Origin: Collinsella sp.
GTDB taxonomy: Bacteria; Actinomycetota; Coriobacteriia; Coriobacteriales; Coriobacteriaceae
Direction: 5' to 3'
Length of the DNA stretch: 64,000 nt
Assembly (NCBI GenBank): GCA_036553025.1
Contig: JAXKBK010000040.1
Location: 1,044-65,043, forward strand
Shown here: positions 35,938 through 44,862 of the stretch, piece by piece
Numbering within the stretch: the stretch's first letter is position 1
Layout of the letters: every line of letters starts with the position of its first letter
Notes under the pieces: generated by a model
The model's database searches: none
What the model saw: the letters and a program-made list of their open reading frames with translations, nothing else
What the model was told of the DNA's origin: nothing
Translations under genes and position numbers: made by a program

Positions 35938-36675
35938 TTGTTAGTACTTACTGATCAGCAAGCTGACGAGATGTTGAGTCGTCTAGCTTTCTATTGCAAA
36001 GAGTATTCCTTGAGCGTAACTGATGTTGAGCTGAGGAAATGTATTCAGCATTTGGATTTGGTTCTAGAAACAAATAAGACAACCAATCTCACCCGTATTC
36101 TTAACGTAGAAGATGCTGCAGTACTTCATATCCTCGACTCACTTGTTTTGCTCCCCTATATCAACAAGGCTCCTGAGGGAGCTTTGCTCGATATGGGAAC
36201 AGGTGCGGGCTTCCCTGGTATTCCATTAACCATAACCACGCATCGTAAAGCTACTTATATTGACTCTGTTGGCAAGAAGGTTGATGCGGTAAATTCCTTT
36301 GTCCATGCTCTTGGATTGAAACATGCCCATGCGGTTCATGATCGTCTTGAAGAATATGCTCGGAGCCATAAGAAGCAGTTCTCTGTTGTAACCGCCCGCG
36401 CACTGGCCCCTCTACCGATTCTTGTTGAGTATGCGGCTCCGTATCTGAAGGATGGAGGGCTATTTGTTATAACCAAGGGCAATCCTTCGGATGAGGAGCT
36501 TGCTTCCGGCATGTCAGCAGCTAAGATTTGCGGCTTCACTTTGCTTCTGAATGACGCAATTGATTTGCCTGAAGGCTTGGGTCACAGGGAGTTCATTGTT
36601 CTTAAGAAGAGTCATCCAGCATCTGTCTCATTGCCTCGTGCAAATGGCGTGGCAAAGAAGAATCCGCTTGCCTAG
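35938..36675 (+). CDS. rsmG: 16S rRNA (guanine527-N7)-methyltransferase RsmG
   Basis: SAM motif LLDMGTGAGFPGIPL, then VTARALA. I prefer TTG 35938 after AAGGAG. The longest ORF start (35890) lies inside the jag terminator. Confidence 0.85.
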   Translation: MLVLTDQQADEMLSRLAFYCKEYSLSVTDVELRKCIQHLDLVLETNKTTNLTRILNVEDAAVLHILDSLVLLPYINKAPEGALLDMGTGAGFPGIPLTITTHRKATYIDSVGKKVDAVNSFVHALGLKHAHAVHDRLEEYARSHKKQFSVVTARALAPLPILVEYAAPYLKDGGLFVITKGNPSDEELASGMSAAKICGFTLLLNDAIDLPEGLGHREFIVLKKSHPASVSLPRANGVAKKNPLA

Positions 36676-36676
36676 A

Positions 36677-36692
36677 TGTTTCACGTGAAACA
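36677..36692. promoter_or_regulatory. parS site 1 (TGTTTCACGTGAAACA)
   Basis: Perfect 16-bp palindrome matching the conserved ParB-binding consensus. Confidence 0.9.
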
Positions 36693-36715
36693 TAATGGAT
36701 ACTAACAACTTGCAG

Positions 36716-36731
36716 TGTTTCACGTGAAACA
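36716..36731. promoter_or_regulatory. parS site 2 (TGTTTCACGTGAAACA)
   Basis: Identical palindrome, 39 bp start-to-start from site 1. Confidence 0.9.
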
Positions 36732-36754
36732 TGGCGGTTGATATCGATTCGGAA

Positions 36755-36770
36755 TGTTTCACGTGAAACA
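36755..36770. promoter_or_regulatory. parS site 3 (TGTTTCACGTGAAACA)
   Basis: Identical palindrome, 39 bp from site 2 and 40 nt upstream of the parA start. Confidence 0.9.
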
Positions 36771-36809
36771 TCCTCCGTTTGACAGCTTTAATACACACCA
36801 GGAGGGGCC

Positions 36810-37610
36810 GTGGGATTTCGCGACGTTAAGCGTTCTAAGAGCGCAAAAGACACGCGTATCATTGCAATCATCAATCAAAAAGGCGGCGTCGGTAAGTCAA
36901 CGACGGCTGTAAACCTTGCAGCAGCACTGGGTGAGCAGGGTCGTAAGACACTGATTGTCGATTTTGATCCGCAGGGAAACAGCACCAGTGGATTCGGAAT
37001 TGAAAAAGAAGACCTTGATCACTGCATCTATGATGCATTGTTGAATGATGTGCCGGCAGAATCGCTTGTTCTTGATACAAATTGTAAAAAGGTATTCGTT
37101 ATTCCGGCTACAATTCAACTTGCAGGCGCGGAAATTGAGCTCGTAAGCGCAATTGCTCGTGAAACCCGCCTCAAAGATTTGCTTGAGCCGATTCAGGACG
37201 AGTTTGACTTTATTTTCATTGACTGTCCTCCTTCGCTCGGCCTGCTTACTATCAACGCTTTGACCGCAGCAGACAGCGTTTTGATTCCGATCCAGTGCGA
37301 ATATTACGCACTCGAGGGCGTTACGAAGCTGCTTGAGTCAATGAAGATGGTCAAATCACGGCTGAACAAGGGCTTAGACACCTATGGTGTGCTTATGACC
37401 ATGTATGACTCGCGTACTTCACTATCGAATCAGGTTGTTGAGGAGGTTCAATCGTACTTTGGTGATAAGGCGTTTAAGACGCTAATCCCCCGTACGGTTA
37501 AAATCTCCGAAGCTCCGTCTTTTGGAGAACCGGTAATTACCTATGCACCTCAAAATAAGGGTGCAAAAGCATATATGAACCTTGCAAAAGAGGTGATCAA
37601 GCGTGCCTAG
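36810..37610 (+). CDS. parA: chromosome partitioning ATPase ParA/Soj
   Basis: Deviant Walker A NQKGGVGKSTTAVNLA and FIFIDCPPSLG. The GTG start follows CAGGAGGGG. Confidence 0.95.
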   Translation: MGFRDVKRSKSAKDTRIIAIINQKGGVGKSTTAVNLAAALGEQGRKTLIVDFDPQGNSTSGFGIEKEDLDHCIYDALLNDVPAESLVLDTNCKKVFVIPATIQLAGAEIELVSAIARETRLKDLLEPIQDEFDFIFIDCPPSLGLLTINALTAADSVLIPIQCEYYALEGVTKLLESMKMVKSRLNKGLDTYGVLMTMYDSRTSLSNQVVEEVQSYFGDKAFKTLIPRTVKISEAPSFGEPVITYAPQNKGAKAYMNLAKEVIKRA

Positions 37611-38508
37611 TGTAAAGAAACGTGGCGGATTGGGACGTGGACTCAATGCTTTGGTCTCAGAGGCCGAGTATGAGACCGGCGGTTCGGCTGCATCGGCTTC
37701 AAATGCCGCATCTGAAACAAAACTACCTATTGAGGATATCGTTCCCAACCCTAATCAGCCGCGAATTCACTTTAACGAAACTGAACTTCGCGAGTTGAGC
37801 GAGTCAATCCAAGAACACGGCGTTTTGCAGCCGCTTTTGGTTCGCAAGCATGGAAACGGCTATGAGATCATCGCTGGTGAGCGTCGTTACCAGGCGTCAA
37901 AGCTTGCTGGCCTTGAAGAATTGCCAGTCATCATTAAAGAGGTAAATGATGAAGAGATGCTGGCTCTTGCTCTTATCGAAAACCTTCAGCGTTCTGATCT
38001 GAATCCCGTCGAAGAGGCTAAGGGCTATCGCCAACTCATTGATGCCAGCGGGATGACCCAGGAGGCATTGTCGAAGGCAGTAAGCAAGTCACGCTCTGCA
38101 ATTACAAACTCGCTGCGTCTTCTCGATCTCCCCGAAGTAGTTCAGCAGATGATTTTTGAGGGCAAACTTACTGCTGGTCATGCACGTGCGATTCTTGCAG
38201 TTCCCTATGAGGACGCGCGTATTCGACTTGCAGAGAAAGTTGTTACAGAGGGCCTTTCCGTAAGAGCGACAGAAAATCTTGCTCCGTTGTTTTCTGCCGG
38301 AGAGACACCTAAGACGCCGAGGCCTGCAACGCCTCAGTCTTTTAAAAAGGCTTCCCGCGTGCTTCGTCAGGTTTTTAATACCAACGTGCGTGTGAAGAGC
38401 TCGCGTGGAAAGAATAAGATTGAGATTGAGTTTAAAGACGAGGAAGAGCTCTCTCGTATTCTTGGCGAAATGATTCAGTTTGATCAAGGAGGCCAAGATG
38501 AGGAATAA
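37603..38508 (+). CDS. parB: chromosome partitioning protein ParB/Spo0J
   Basis: LPIEDIVPNPNQPR, GVLQPLLVR, IIAGERRYQA (arginine patch) and an HTH region. It overlaps the parA end by 8 nt. Confidence 0.95.
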   Translation: MPSVKKRGGLGRGLNALVSEAEYETGGSAASASNAASETKLPIEDIVPNPNQPRIHFNETELRELSESIQEHGVLQPLLVRKHGNGYEIIAGERRYQASKLAGLEELPVIIKEVNDEEMLALALIENLQRSDLNPVEEAKGYRQLIDASGMTQEALSKAVSKSRSAITNSLRLLDLPEVVQQMIFEGKLTAGHARAILAVPYEDARIRLAEKVVTEGLSVRATENLAPLFSAGETPKTPRPATPQSFKKASRVLRQVFNTNVRVKSSRGKNKIEIEFKDEEELSRILGEMIQFDQGGQDEE

Positions 38509-38752
38509 GATTTTAACAGCGATTGCATTGGTGACGACTGTCGCGGCTGGTGCCTTTGCTGGCTATAGGATCGCTACAGACGATGAACTTCGAGGTCGTT
38601 TGCTTCGTAGCGCGCAAGATATCGTCGATACTTCCAAAAAGAAAATGGATGTCATGACAGAAGATGTTGCCATGCGTACTGCTCAGGTAACGAAGAATCC
38701 CAAGATTAATCAAGGTTGGGTCAGCAACCAATGGGAAAATGTAGGCTATTAG
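38498..38752 (+). CDS. small membrane-anchored hypothetical protein
   Basis: MRNKILTAIALVTTVAAGAFAGY anchor. ATG 38498 follows AAGGAGG and overlaps the parB end. Confidence 0.5.
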   Translation: MRNKILTAIALVTTVAAGAFAGYRIATDDELRGRLLRSAQDIVDTSKKKMDVMTEDVAMRTAQVTKNPKINQGWVSNQWENVGY

Positions 38753-38780
38753 GTACCTAACAATTACTCAGCATATTTTG

Positions 38781-38822
38781 AGGGGTCCTTGTCTGATTCA
38801 TGAGACAAGGACCCCTTATTTT
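38781..38822 (+). terminator. rho-independent terminator after the parAB operon
   Basis: 14-bp stem AGGGGTCCTTGTCT/AGACAAGGACCCCT followed by TATTTT. Confidence 0.75.
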
Positions 38823-38916
38823 GGCCGTAAAAATGGGACAGGTAGCAGCTGATTCAAAATTAAGGTCAATAAATGAAACGACCCCGGTTGCATATTCTGT
38901 AACCGGGGTCGTTCGA

Positions 38917-38932
38917 TGTTTCACATGAAACG
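38917..38932. promoter_or_regulatory. degenerate parS-like site (TGTTTCACATGAAACG)
   Basis: 14/16 match to the three perfect sites. It lies between convergent genes, next to a hairpin at 38877..38912. Confidence 0.5.
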
Positions 38933-38950
38933 TTTTGGGATGCGACTCCC

Positions 38951-40003
38951 CTATGCGTTCTTCTGAACTTTGAAGCGCTGCTTCAGCTGTCCGCAAGCGG
39001 CGTCAATATCGTTACCACGGGAGTTACGAATCGTGGTCTCGATGCCACGGGACTCAAGACGACGCTGAAGATCCTCAACCTTATGAATCGGCGACGGCTT
39101 GAGCGGGCTACCCTCGATGTCGTTAAGCTGAATGAGGTTAACGTGGCACAGCGTTCCCTCGCAGAAGTCGCAGAGCGCCTGCATTTCGGGATTCGTATCG
39201 TTGACGCCTTCGATCATGGCATACTCATAGGTCGGGCGGCGGCCGGTCTTCTCGGTGTAGAGCTGAAGCGCTTCGTGAAGGCGAAGCAGCGTGTACTTCT
39301 TAACACCGGGCATGAGCTTATTGCGCGTCGACTGGATGGCGGAATGCAGGGAAACGGCAAGCGTGAACTGCTCGGGGATGTCGGCAAATTTGCGAATACC
39401 GGGAATAACGCCGCTGGTAGAGACGGTGAGGTGACGAGCGCCGATACCGATGCCATCGGGGTCGTTGAGGATTCGCAGCGCCTTGAGAACCTCGTCGTAG
39501 TTGGCAAACGGCTCGCCCTGGCCCATGAAGACAACGCTCGTGGCGCGCTCGCCAAAGTCGTTGGATACATGAAGTACCTGGTCGACGATCTCTTGAGCGG
39601 TCAGAGAGCGCTTGAGGCCGTTGAGACCGGTAGCGCAAAAGGCACAGCCCATGCCACAGCCTGCCTGGGTGGAAACGCAGACGGAAAGCTTGTTACGACG
39701 GGGCATGCCGACGGTCTCGACGGAAACGCCGTCGTGGTACTCGAGCAGATACTTGCGAGAGCCATCTTTGGAAACCTGCTTGGTGAGTTCAGTCGGCGTG
39801 TCAAAGGCAAAAGCCTCTTTAAGCTGCTCGCGGAAAGCCTTGGGAAGGTTGGTCATATCGTCAAACGAACAAACGTTCTTCTCAAAGACCCATTCGATGA
39901 GCTGCTTCGCGCGGAAGGCGGGCTGGCCAAGCTCGGCCACGAGCTCGCGAATATCGTTTTGGCTCAAGTCGCGAATGTCCTGAGATTTAGTCCTGGGATT
40001 CAT
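38951..40003 (-). CDS. rlmN: 23S rRNA/tRNA (adenine-C2)-methyltransferase RlmN (radical SAM)
   Basis: CVSTQAGCGMGCAFCATG radical-SAM cluster motif, GQGEPFANYD and a C-terminal AACGQLK. Confidence 0.9.
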   Translation of the reverse strand: MNPRTKSQDIRDLSQNDIRELVAELGQPAFRAKQLIEWVFEKNVCSFDDMTNLPKAFREQLKEAFAFDTPTELTKQVSKDGSRKYLLEYHDGVSVETVGMPRRNKLSVCVSTQAGCGMGCAFCATGLNGLKRSLTAQEIVDQVLHVSNDFGERATSVVFMGQGEPFANYDEVLKALRILNDPDGIGIGARHLTVSTSGVIPGIRKFADIPEQFTLAVSLHSAIQSTRNKLMPGVKKYTLLRLHEALQLYTEKTGRRPTYEYAMIEGVNDTNPEMQALCDFCEGTLCHVNLIQLNDIEGSPLKPSPIHKVEDLQRRLESRGIETTIRNSRGNDIDAACGQLKQRFKVQKNA

Positions 40004-40088
40004 GGAAGCCTTTCGATTTTGGGGAAACGTAGAGGGTATCGCTACAATATGGTATCAGCTGCAGAAATTATAGAGGAGGAGTCTGCCC

Positions 40089-41054
40089 ATGCCGGGTAAA
40101 AGCCTAGAGAACATGCACGTAGCGGTCTTGGCGGGCGGTCATTCCGCTGAGCGCGAGATCTCGCTCAATTCGGGAAAGAACGTCGTGGTTGCCTTGAAGG
40201 AGGCCGGCTACACTTCGGTGGAGCTGCTCGACACGGCTGCCGATGATTTTATGGTAACCATGGCGACCGGCGGCTTTGACGTGGCGTTTATCGCCATGCA
40301 CGGTGCCGGCGGCGAGGATGGCGCCATGCAGGGCGCCATGGAGACCCTGGGTATCCCCTACACGGCCTCGGGCGTGCTTGCCAGCGCCTGCGGTGCCGAC
40401 AAGGAGGTCTCTAAGCTCTTGTACGCCAAGGCGGGCATCCCCATTGCCCCCGGCCTCGCGCTCGAGGTGGGCGATGAAGTCGATATCGATCATATCGTCG
40501 AGGTTTGTGGCGAGCGCTGCTTTGTGAAGCCGGCCGTCAACGGTTCCAGCTATGGCATTTCCCTGGTCCATGAGCCCTCCGAGCTGCCCGCGGCAATCGC
40601 CAAGGCGTTTGAGTACGGCGACAAAGTGCTGGTCGAGAAGTGCATCGAGGGTACCGAGATCACCGTCGGCGTGTACGGCGAGGACGACGTGCGCGCTCTG
40701 CCGATTGTCGAGATTCGTAAGCCCAAGGACTGCGAGTTCTACGATCTGGACGTGAAGTATGTCGACCCTACGGACATCCATCGCATTCCGGCGCAGATTT
40801 CACCCGAGAATTACACTCGCGCTCAGGAGCTTGCCTGCGCTGCTCACAAGGCCCTCGGTTGCCTGGGTATCTCGCGCAGTGACTTTATTGTGAGTGAGGA
40901 CGGCCCCGTCATCCTCGAGACCAATACCATTCCCGGCATGACCGATACGTCGCTGTATCCGGATGAGATCCGCCACACCGACGACATGACGTTCCCGCAG
41001 GTCTGTGACAGCCTGATCCGTATGGGCCTTCGTCGAGCGGGCATTGCATGCTAA
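40089..41054 (+). CDS. ddl: D-alanine--D-alanine ligase
   Basis: VAVLAGGHSAEREISL, FIAMHGAGGEDGAMQG, an ATP-grasp domain and LETNTIPGMT. Confidence 0.9.
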   Translation: MPGKSLENMHVAVLAGGHSAEREISLNSGKNVVVALKEAGYTSVELLDTAADDFMVTMATGGFDVAFIAMHGAGGEDGAMQGAMETLGIPYTASGVLASACGADKEVSKLLYAKAGIPIAPGLALEVGDEVDIDHIVEVCGERCFVKPAVNGSSYGISLVHEPSELPAAIAKAFEYGDKVLVEKCIEGTEITVGVYGEDDVRALPIVEIRKPKDCEFYDLDVKYVDPTDIHRIPAQISPENYTRAQELACAAHKALGCLGISRSDFIVSEDGPVILETNTIPGMTDTSLYPDEIRHTDDMTFPQVCDSLIRMGLRRAGIAC

Positions 41055-43942
41055 TCGAGGACGCGGTTTCGTCAGGAACGCCGCAGTTTGTCATCGACTC
41101 CTATGCCACGCTTGCCGAACGCGCCAAAACGCAGTCCTTCGGCCTTATCGAGGAAGATGTAATTGTCCTCGATACCGAGACCACAGGTCTTTCGGTGCAG
41201 GACAACGAGCTGATCGAGATCTCGGCGGCCCGTCTTTCGGGCCGCGAGATCGTCGACCGCTTCGATACCTTCGTGCATCCCAAGCAGCTGATTCCCGCCG
41301 AGATTACCGAGCTCACGAGCATTACAAATGCCGATGTGGCAGATGCCCCGTCGGCCGTTGAGGCCGTAGCCGCTCTCGCCGATTTTGTCGGTGGTTGCCC
41401 GGTAATCGCACATAACGCCACGTTCGACCGCTCGTTTATCGAGTCGGTCAAAGGCGGCGTCAACGTGAGCGATATTTGGATCGATTCGCTGGCGCTGTCG
41501 CGCATCGCGCTTCCGCGCCTGGCCTCGCACAAGCTGTCTTTTATGGCCGATCTGTTTGGCTGTGACTCGGTATCACACCGTGCCAATGCCGACGTCGACG
41601 CCCTGTGTGGCGTATGGCGCGTGTTGCTCGTGGCACTCACCGACTTGCCCCAGGGCCTCATGGCGCGCCTAGCCGACATGCATCCGGACGTGCCTTGGTC
41701 CTATCGTCCAATCTTCTCATTCTTGGCGGGGCAGAACCCTGGTTCTATCTTCTCTCTCAGCGCCGCCCGTGCTGACGTTCTCAAGGCCGATCGCGCCGAC
41801 GATCGGGTGGACGCCGACGAACTGCCGGTACTCAAGATGCCGAGTCGTGAGGAGATTGAGGCAGACTATGCGCCAGGTGGCCTGGTCAATCGCATGTATC
41901 CCACCTACGAGCCGCGTGATGAGCAGATCGCGATGGCGCTCGAGGTCCGCGATGCGCTGGTCACGGGCACTCATCGTGTAATTGAGGCGGGCACGGGCGT
42001 CGGCAAATCGATGGCCTATCTGGTGCCTTTTGCCGAGGCAGCACGCCGTAACAACATCACGGTTGGTATTGCGACCAAATCGAACAATCTTGCCGACCAG
42101 CTCATGTACCATGAGCTGCCAAAACTTGCCGAGCAACTGGACGGTGGCCTGTCATTTTGCGCTCTCAAGGGCTATGACCACTATCCGTGCCTGCGCAAGC
42201 TTGAGCGCATGAGCCGCGGCCAGGTCGAGATTACCACCAAGCGCGATCCGGCGGACACGCTCACGGCGGTCGCGGTCATTATGGCGTACGTCTGCCAATC
42301 AGCCGATGGCGACCTCGACTCGCTCGGCATTCGGTGGCGCAGCGTCAACCGCCCCGACTTTACGACGGCCTCGCGCGAGTGCGCTCGTCGCCTCTGCCCG
42401 TTTTTCCCTGAAAAATGCTTGGTCCACGGCGCTCGCCGTCGTGCGGCGCATGCCGACGTGGTGGTTACCAACCATTCCCTGCTGTTCCGCAATGTTGCGG
42501 CCGAGGGCAGGATTTTGCCTCCGATTCGTCATTGGGTAATCGACGAGGCTCATTCTATCGAGCGCGAGGCGCGCCGTCAGTGGGCGCGCGTGGTGTCGGC
42601 GGACGAATCACGCGTTCTGTTTGAGCGCCTGGGTGGCTCGAGCACCGGTGCGCTAAGCCAGGTCTCCCGTGATTTGGCAACCTCTGAGGGCTCTACGCTC
42701 TATCTGGGCCTTACTGCCAAGGCGACGTCGACGGTTGCGCGCGCGAGCATGGCAATCGCCGACGTGTTCGATGGCGTTCGCGAGCTCGGCCGCCGTGCCC
42801 GTGGGGGTTATGACAATGCCAATCTATGGATTGGCCCCGAGCTGCGCGAATCTGACGACTGGCATGATTTCTTACAGTCGGCCTACGCTGCCATCGATGC
42901 ATTGGAACAAGCTGACAAGTGCGTCGACGCGCTGGTGCAAGCCGTCGCCGCCGACAAGCCCGAGGTTGTTGTCGACTTGGGCGATATCTCGCGCCGCCTG
43001 CACGAGCTGGCCGAGAACCTCAAACTCATCATCGACGGCACCGATGAACACTATGTGTATTCGCTGCAGGTCAATCGCAGGTTGCGTGCCGGCGGAGAGT
43101 CAATGACCGCAGAGCGCATCGACATTGGCGAGGCCTTGGCAACCGAGTGGCTGCCCGAGGTTCACACGGCTATCTTTGCCTCGGCGACCATGACGGTGTC
43201 CAAAAGCTTTGAACACTTTAACCACGCGGTCGGCCTCGATCGCATCGGTGCTTCAACATCTTCATCGCTGCACTTGGACTCGAGCTACGACTTCGATTCG
43301 AACATGGCTGTAGTCGTTGCGGGCGATATCCCCGATCCGCGCGATCGCGAGAGCTATCTTACGGCGCTCGAGCGCGTGCTGGTCGACGCCCATCTTGCCA
43401 TGGGCGGATCGGTGCTCACGCTGTTCACCAATCGGCGCGACATGGAAGACCTGTACACCCGCGTTGAGCCCAAGATGGCCCGTGCGGGTCTGGAACTCAA
43501 CTGCCAGCAGCGCAACTCATCTCCTCGTCGCCTGCGCGACCGGTTTATCAATGAGCCGACCTCGTCGCTTTTTGCGCTTAAGGCCTTCTGGGAGGGGTTT
43601 GACGCCAGCGGCGAGACGCTGCGTTGCGTCATCATTCCCAAGCTGCCGTTCTCGAGCCCCACGGACCCGCTCTCGTGCGAGCGCAACCTGCGCGAAGACC
43701 GCGCTTGGGCGCGCTATTCGCTGCCCGAGGCGGTGCTCGAGGTCAAGCAGGCGGCCGGTCGCCTTATCCGTTCGTCGACCGATTGCGGCGTGCTGATTCT
43801 GGCCGACCCGCGCCTGGTGACGAAGGGCTACGGAAAGAAGTTCTTAACGTCGCTGCCCACGAGCTCCTACCAGCGCATCGAATCGGCGCAGATCGGTCAC
43901 TATCTGCAACTGTGGCGCGCACGTCACGAGCGGCGGTGCTAA
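41048..43942 (+). CDS. dinG: bifunctional DnaQ-like 3'-5' exonuclease / DinG-family (XPD-like, Fe-S) ATP-dependent helicase
   Basis: ExoI motif VIVLDTETTGL and VIAHNATFDRSF. Helicase Walker A EAGTGVGKSMAYLVP and DEAH box VIDEAHSIE. Four cysteines lie between motifs I and II (FCALKGYDHYPC..VC..LCPFFPEKC). Confidence 0.85.
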   Translation: MLIEDAVSSGTPQFVIDSYATLAERAKTQSFGLIEEDVIVLDTETTGLSVQDNELIEISAARLSGREIVDRFDTFVHPKQLIPAEITELTSITNADVADAPSAVEAVAALADFVGGCPVIAHNATFDRSFIESVKGGVNVSDIWIDSLALSRIALPRLASHKLSFMADLFGCDSVSHRANADVDALCGVWRVLLVALTDLPQGLMARLADMHPDVPWSYRPIFSFLAGQNPGSIFSLSAARADVLKADRADDRVDADELPVLKMPSREEIEADYAPGGLVNRMYPTYEPRDEQIAMALEVRDALVTGTHRVIEAGTGVGKSMAYLVPFAEAARRNNITVGIATKSNNLADQLMYHELPKLAEQLDGGLSFCALKGYDHYPCLRKLERMSRGQVEITTKRDPADTLTAVAVIMAYVCQSADGDLDSLGIRWRSVNRPDFTTASRECARRLCPFFPEKCLVHGARRRAAHADVVVTNHSLLFRNVAAEGRILPPIRHWVIDEAHSIEREARRQWARVVSADESRVLFERLGGSSTGALSQVSRDLATSEGSTLYLGLTAKATSTVARASMAIADVFDGVRELGRRARGGYDNANLWIGPELRESDDWHDFLQSAYAAIDALEQADKCVDALVQAVAADKPEVVVDLGDISRRLHELAENLKLIIDGTDEHYVYSLQVNRRLRAGGESMTAERIDIGEALATEWLPEVHTAIFASATMTVSKSFEHFNHAVGLDRIGASTSSSLHLDSSYDFDSNMAVVVAGDIPDPRDRESYLTALERVLVDAHLAMGGSVLTLFTNRRDMEDLYTRVEPKMARAGLELNCQQRNSSPRRLRDRFINEPTSSLFALKAFWEGFDASGETLRCVIIPKLPFSSPTDPLSCERNLREDRAWARYSLPEAVLEVKQAAGRLIRSSTDCGVLILADPRLVTKGYGKKFLTSLPTSSYQRIESAQIGHYLQLWRARHERRC

Positions 43943-44862
43943 AGCGGACAGACGAGGGTTTTTGCCATATCGCACAGACGCTTTGACAGGGCGGGGTCAT
44001 CCAAGATGCGGATGGCTCCGCCCGCTGCGATTATCTGGCTCAGTAGCCAACGCTCGGAGCCGTAATGCACGGTTACCGTTGCCATGTCTGCCCCGCTGCG
44101 CTCGATTAGGGTGATGCCGGCCCAGTCCAGATGCTCCGCCATATCGAATGGCATCAAGAGCTTTGCGCTACGCTGCGTCCGGGCAAGGGAATCGTGGAGG
44201 GATGCGACGCCCGGTGTGTGAGGCACGACGGAGTCTTCCGTCAAGGTGAGTCCCTCGATTTTATCCATGCGATAGGTGCGCTGCTCATCGACCGCGATGT
44301 CCCAGGCAATCAGGTATGTTTGGTCGCCGTTTGCCGTAATGCGCAAGGGGTCGACCAGACGCTCGCGTGGCCGCGCATCGTCCATCGAGCGATACGAGAT
44401 GCGGCAACGAACACCGTCCTGAATGGCGCAGCTCAGCTGCTGCCAGTGCGACCCGTGGTTGACGGTGTCAAAGACGTGCTGGTTATAGCCGAGCTCTTCG
44501 GGTAGAAGAGCATGTCGAATTCGAGCCGCCGCCTGGGGCTCGATCCCCAGTGATTCAAGTTCATGGTTGAGCACGGCGCCTTCGGCGGCACTCAAGCGCA
44601 GCGGCAGCACGCGCCCCGCATCGCCGGTAAGGGATATGTGTTCGCCGTTGCGCTCGCAGATAATGCGGGCGCCCGACTCGCGATCAGCGAGGGTCGAGAC
44701 AATATCGAGAATCTCGTCCAGCGAGGTTCCGGAAATGTCAAAGCGATTGCAAATCTCATTTCTCGTCAGCCCCACGCTCCCGGCGGCGTAGAGGGCTTCC
44801 ATGATGTCGATGGCACGCGAGAGTCTCTGCTCGCTGGTGAGTTTACGAGCGGGCATGCTCAT
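43939..44862 (-). CDS. HTH-WYL domain transcriptional regulator (PafC-like)
   Basis: N-terminal wHTH (LTRNEICNRFDISGTSL) and a WYL region ISYRSMDDARPRERLVDPLRITANGDQTYLIAWD..RTYRMDKI. ATG 44862 follows AAGGACGG. The stop overlaps the dinG stop by 4 nt. Confidence 0.7.
   Translation of the reverse strand: MSMPARKLTSEQRLSRAIDIMEALYAAGSVGLTRNEICNRFDISGTSLDEILDIVSTLADRESGARIICERNGEHISLTGDAGRVLPLRLSAAEGAVLNHELESLGIEPQAAARIRHALLPEELGYNQHVFDTVNHGSHWQQLSCAIQDGVRCRISYRSMDDARPRERLVDPLRITANGDQTYLIAWDIAVDEQRTYRMDKIEGLTLTEDSVVPHTPGVASLHDSLARTQRSAKLLMPFDMAEHLDWAGITLIERSGADMATVTVHYGSERWLLSQIIAAGGAIRILDDPALSKRLCDMAKTLVCPL

Noticed and set aside
36677-36770. Evenly spaced triple repeat that could look like a mini-CRISPR array
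   Set aside because: The repeat is only 16-18 nt, perfectly palindromic, present in 3 copies, identical to the parS consensus and placed at the parA promoter. There are no cas genes.
39083-40781. ORFs 39083..40099 (+) and 40104..40781 (-)
   Set aside because: They are antisense to rlmN and ddl, both of which carry diagnostic motifs.
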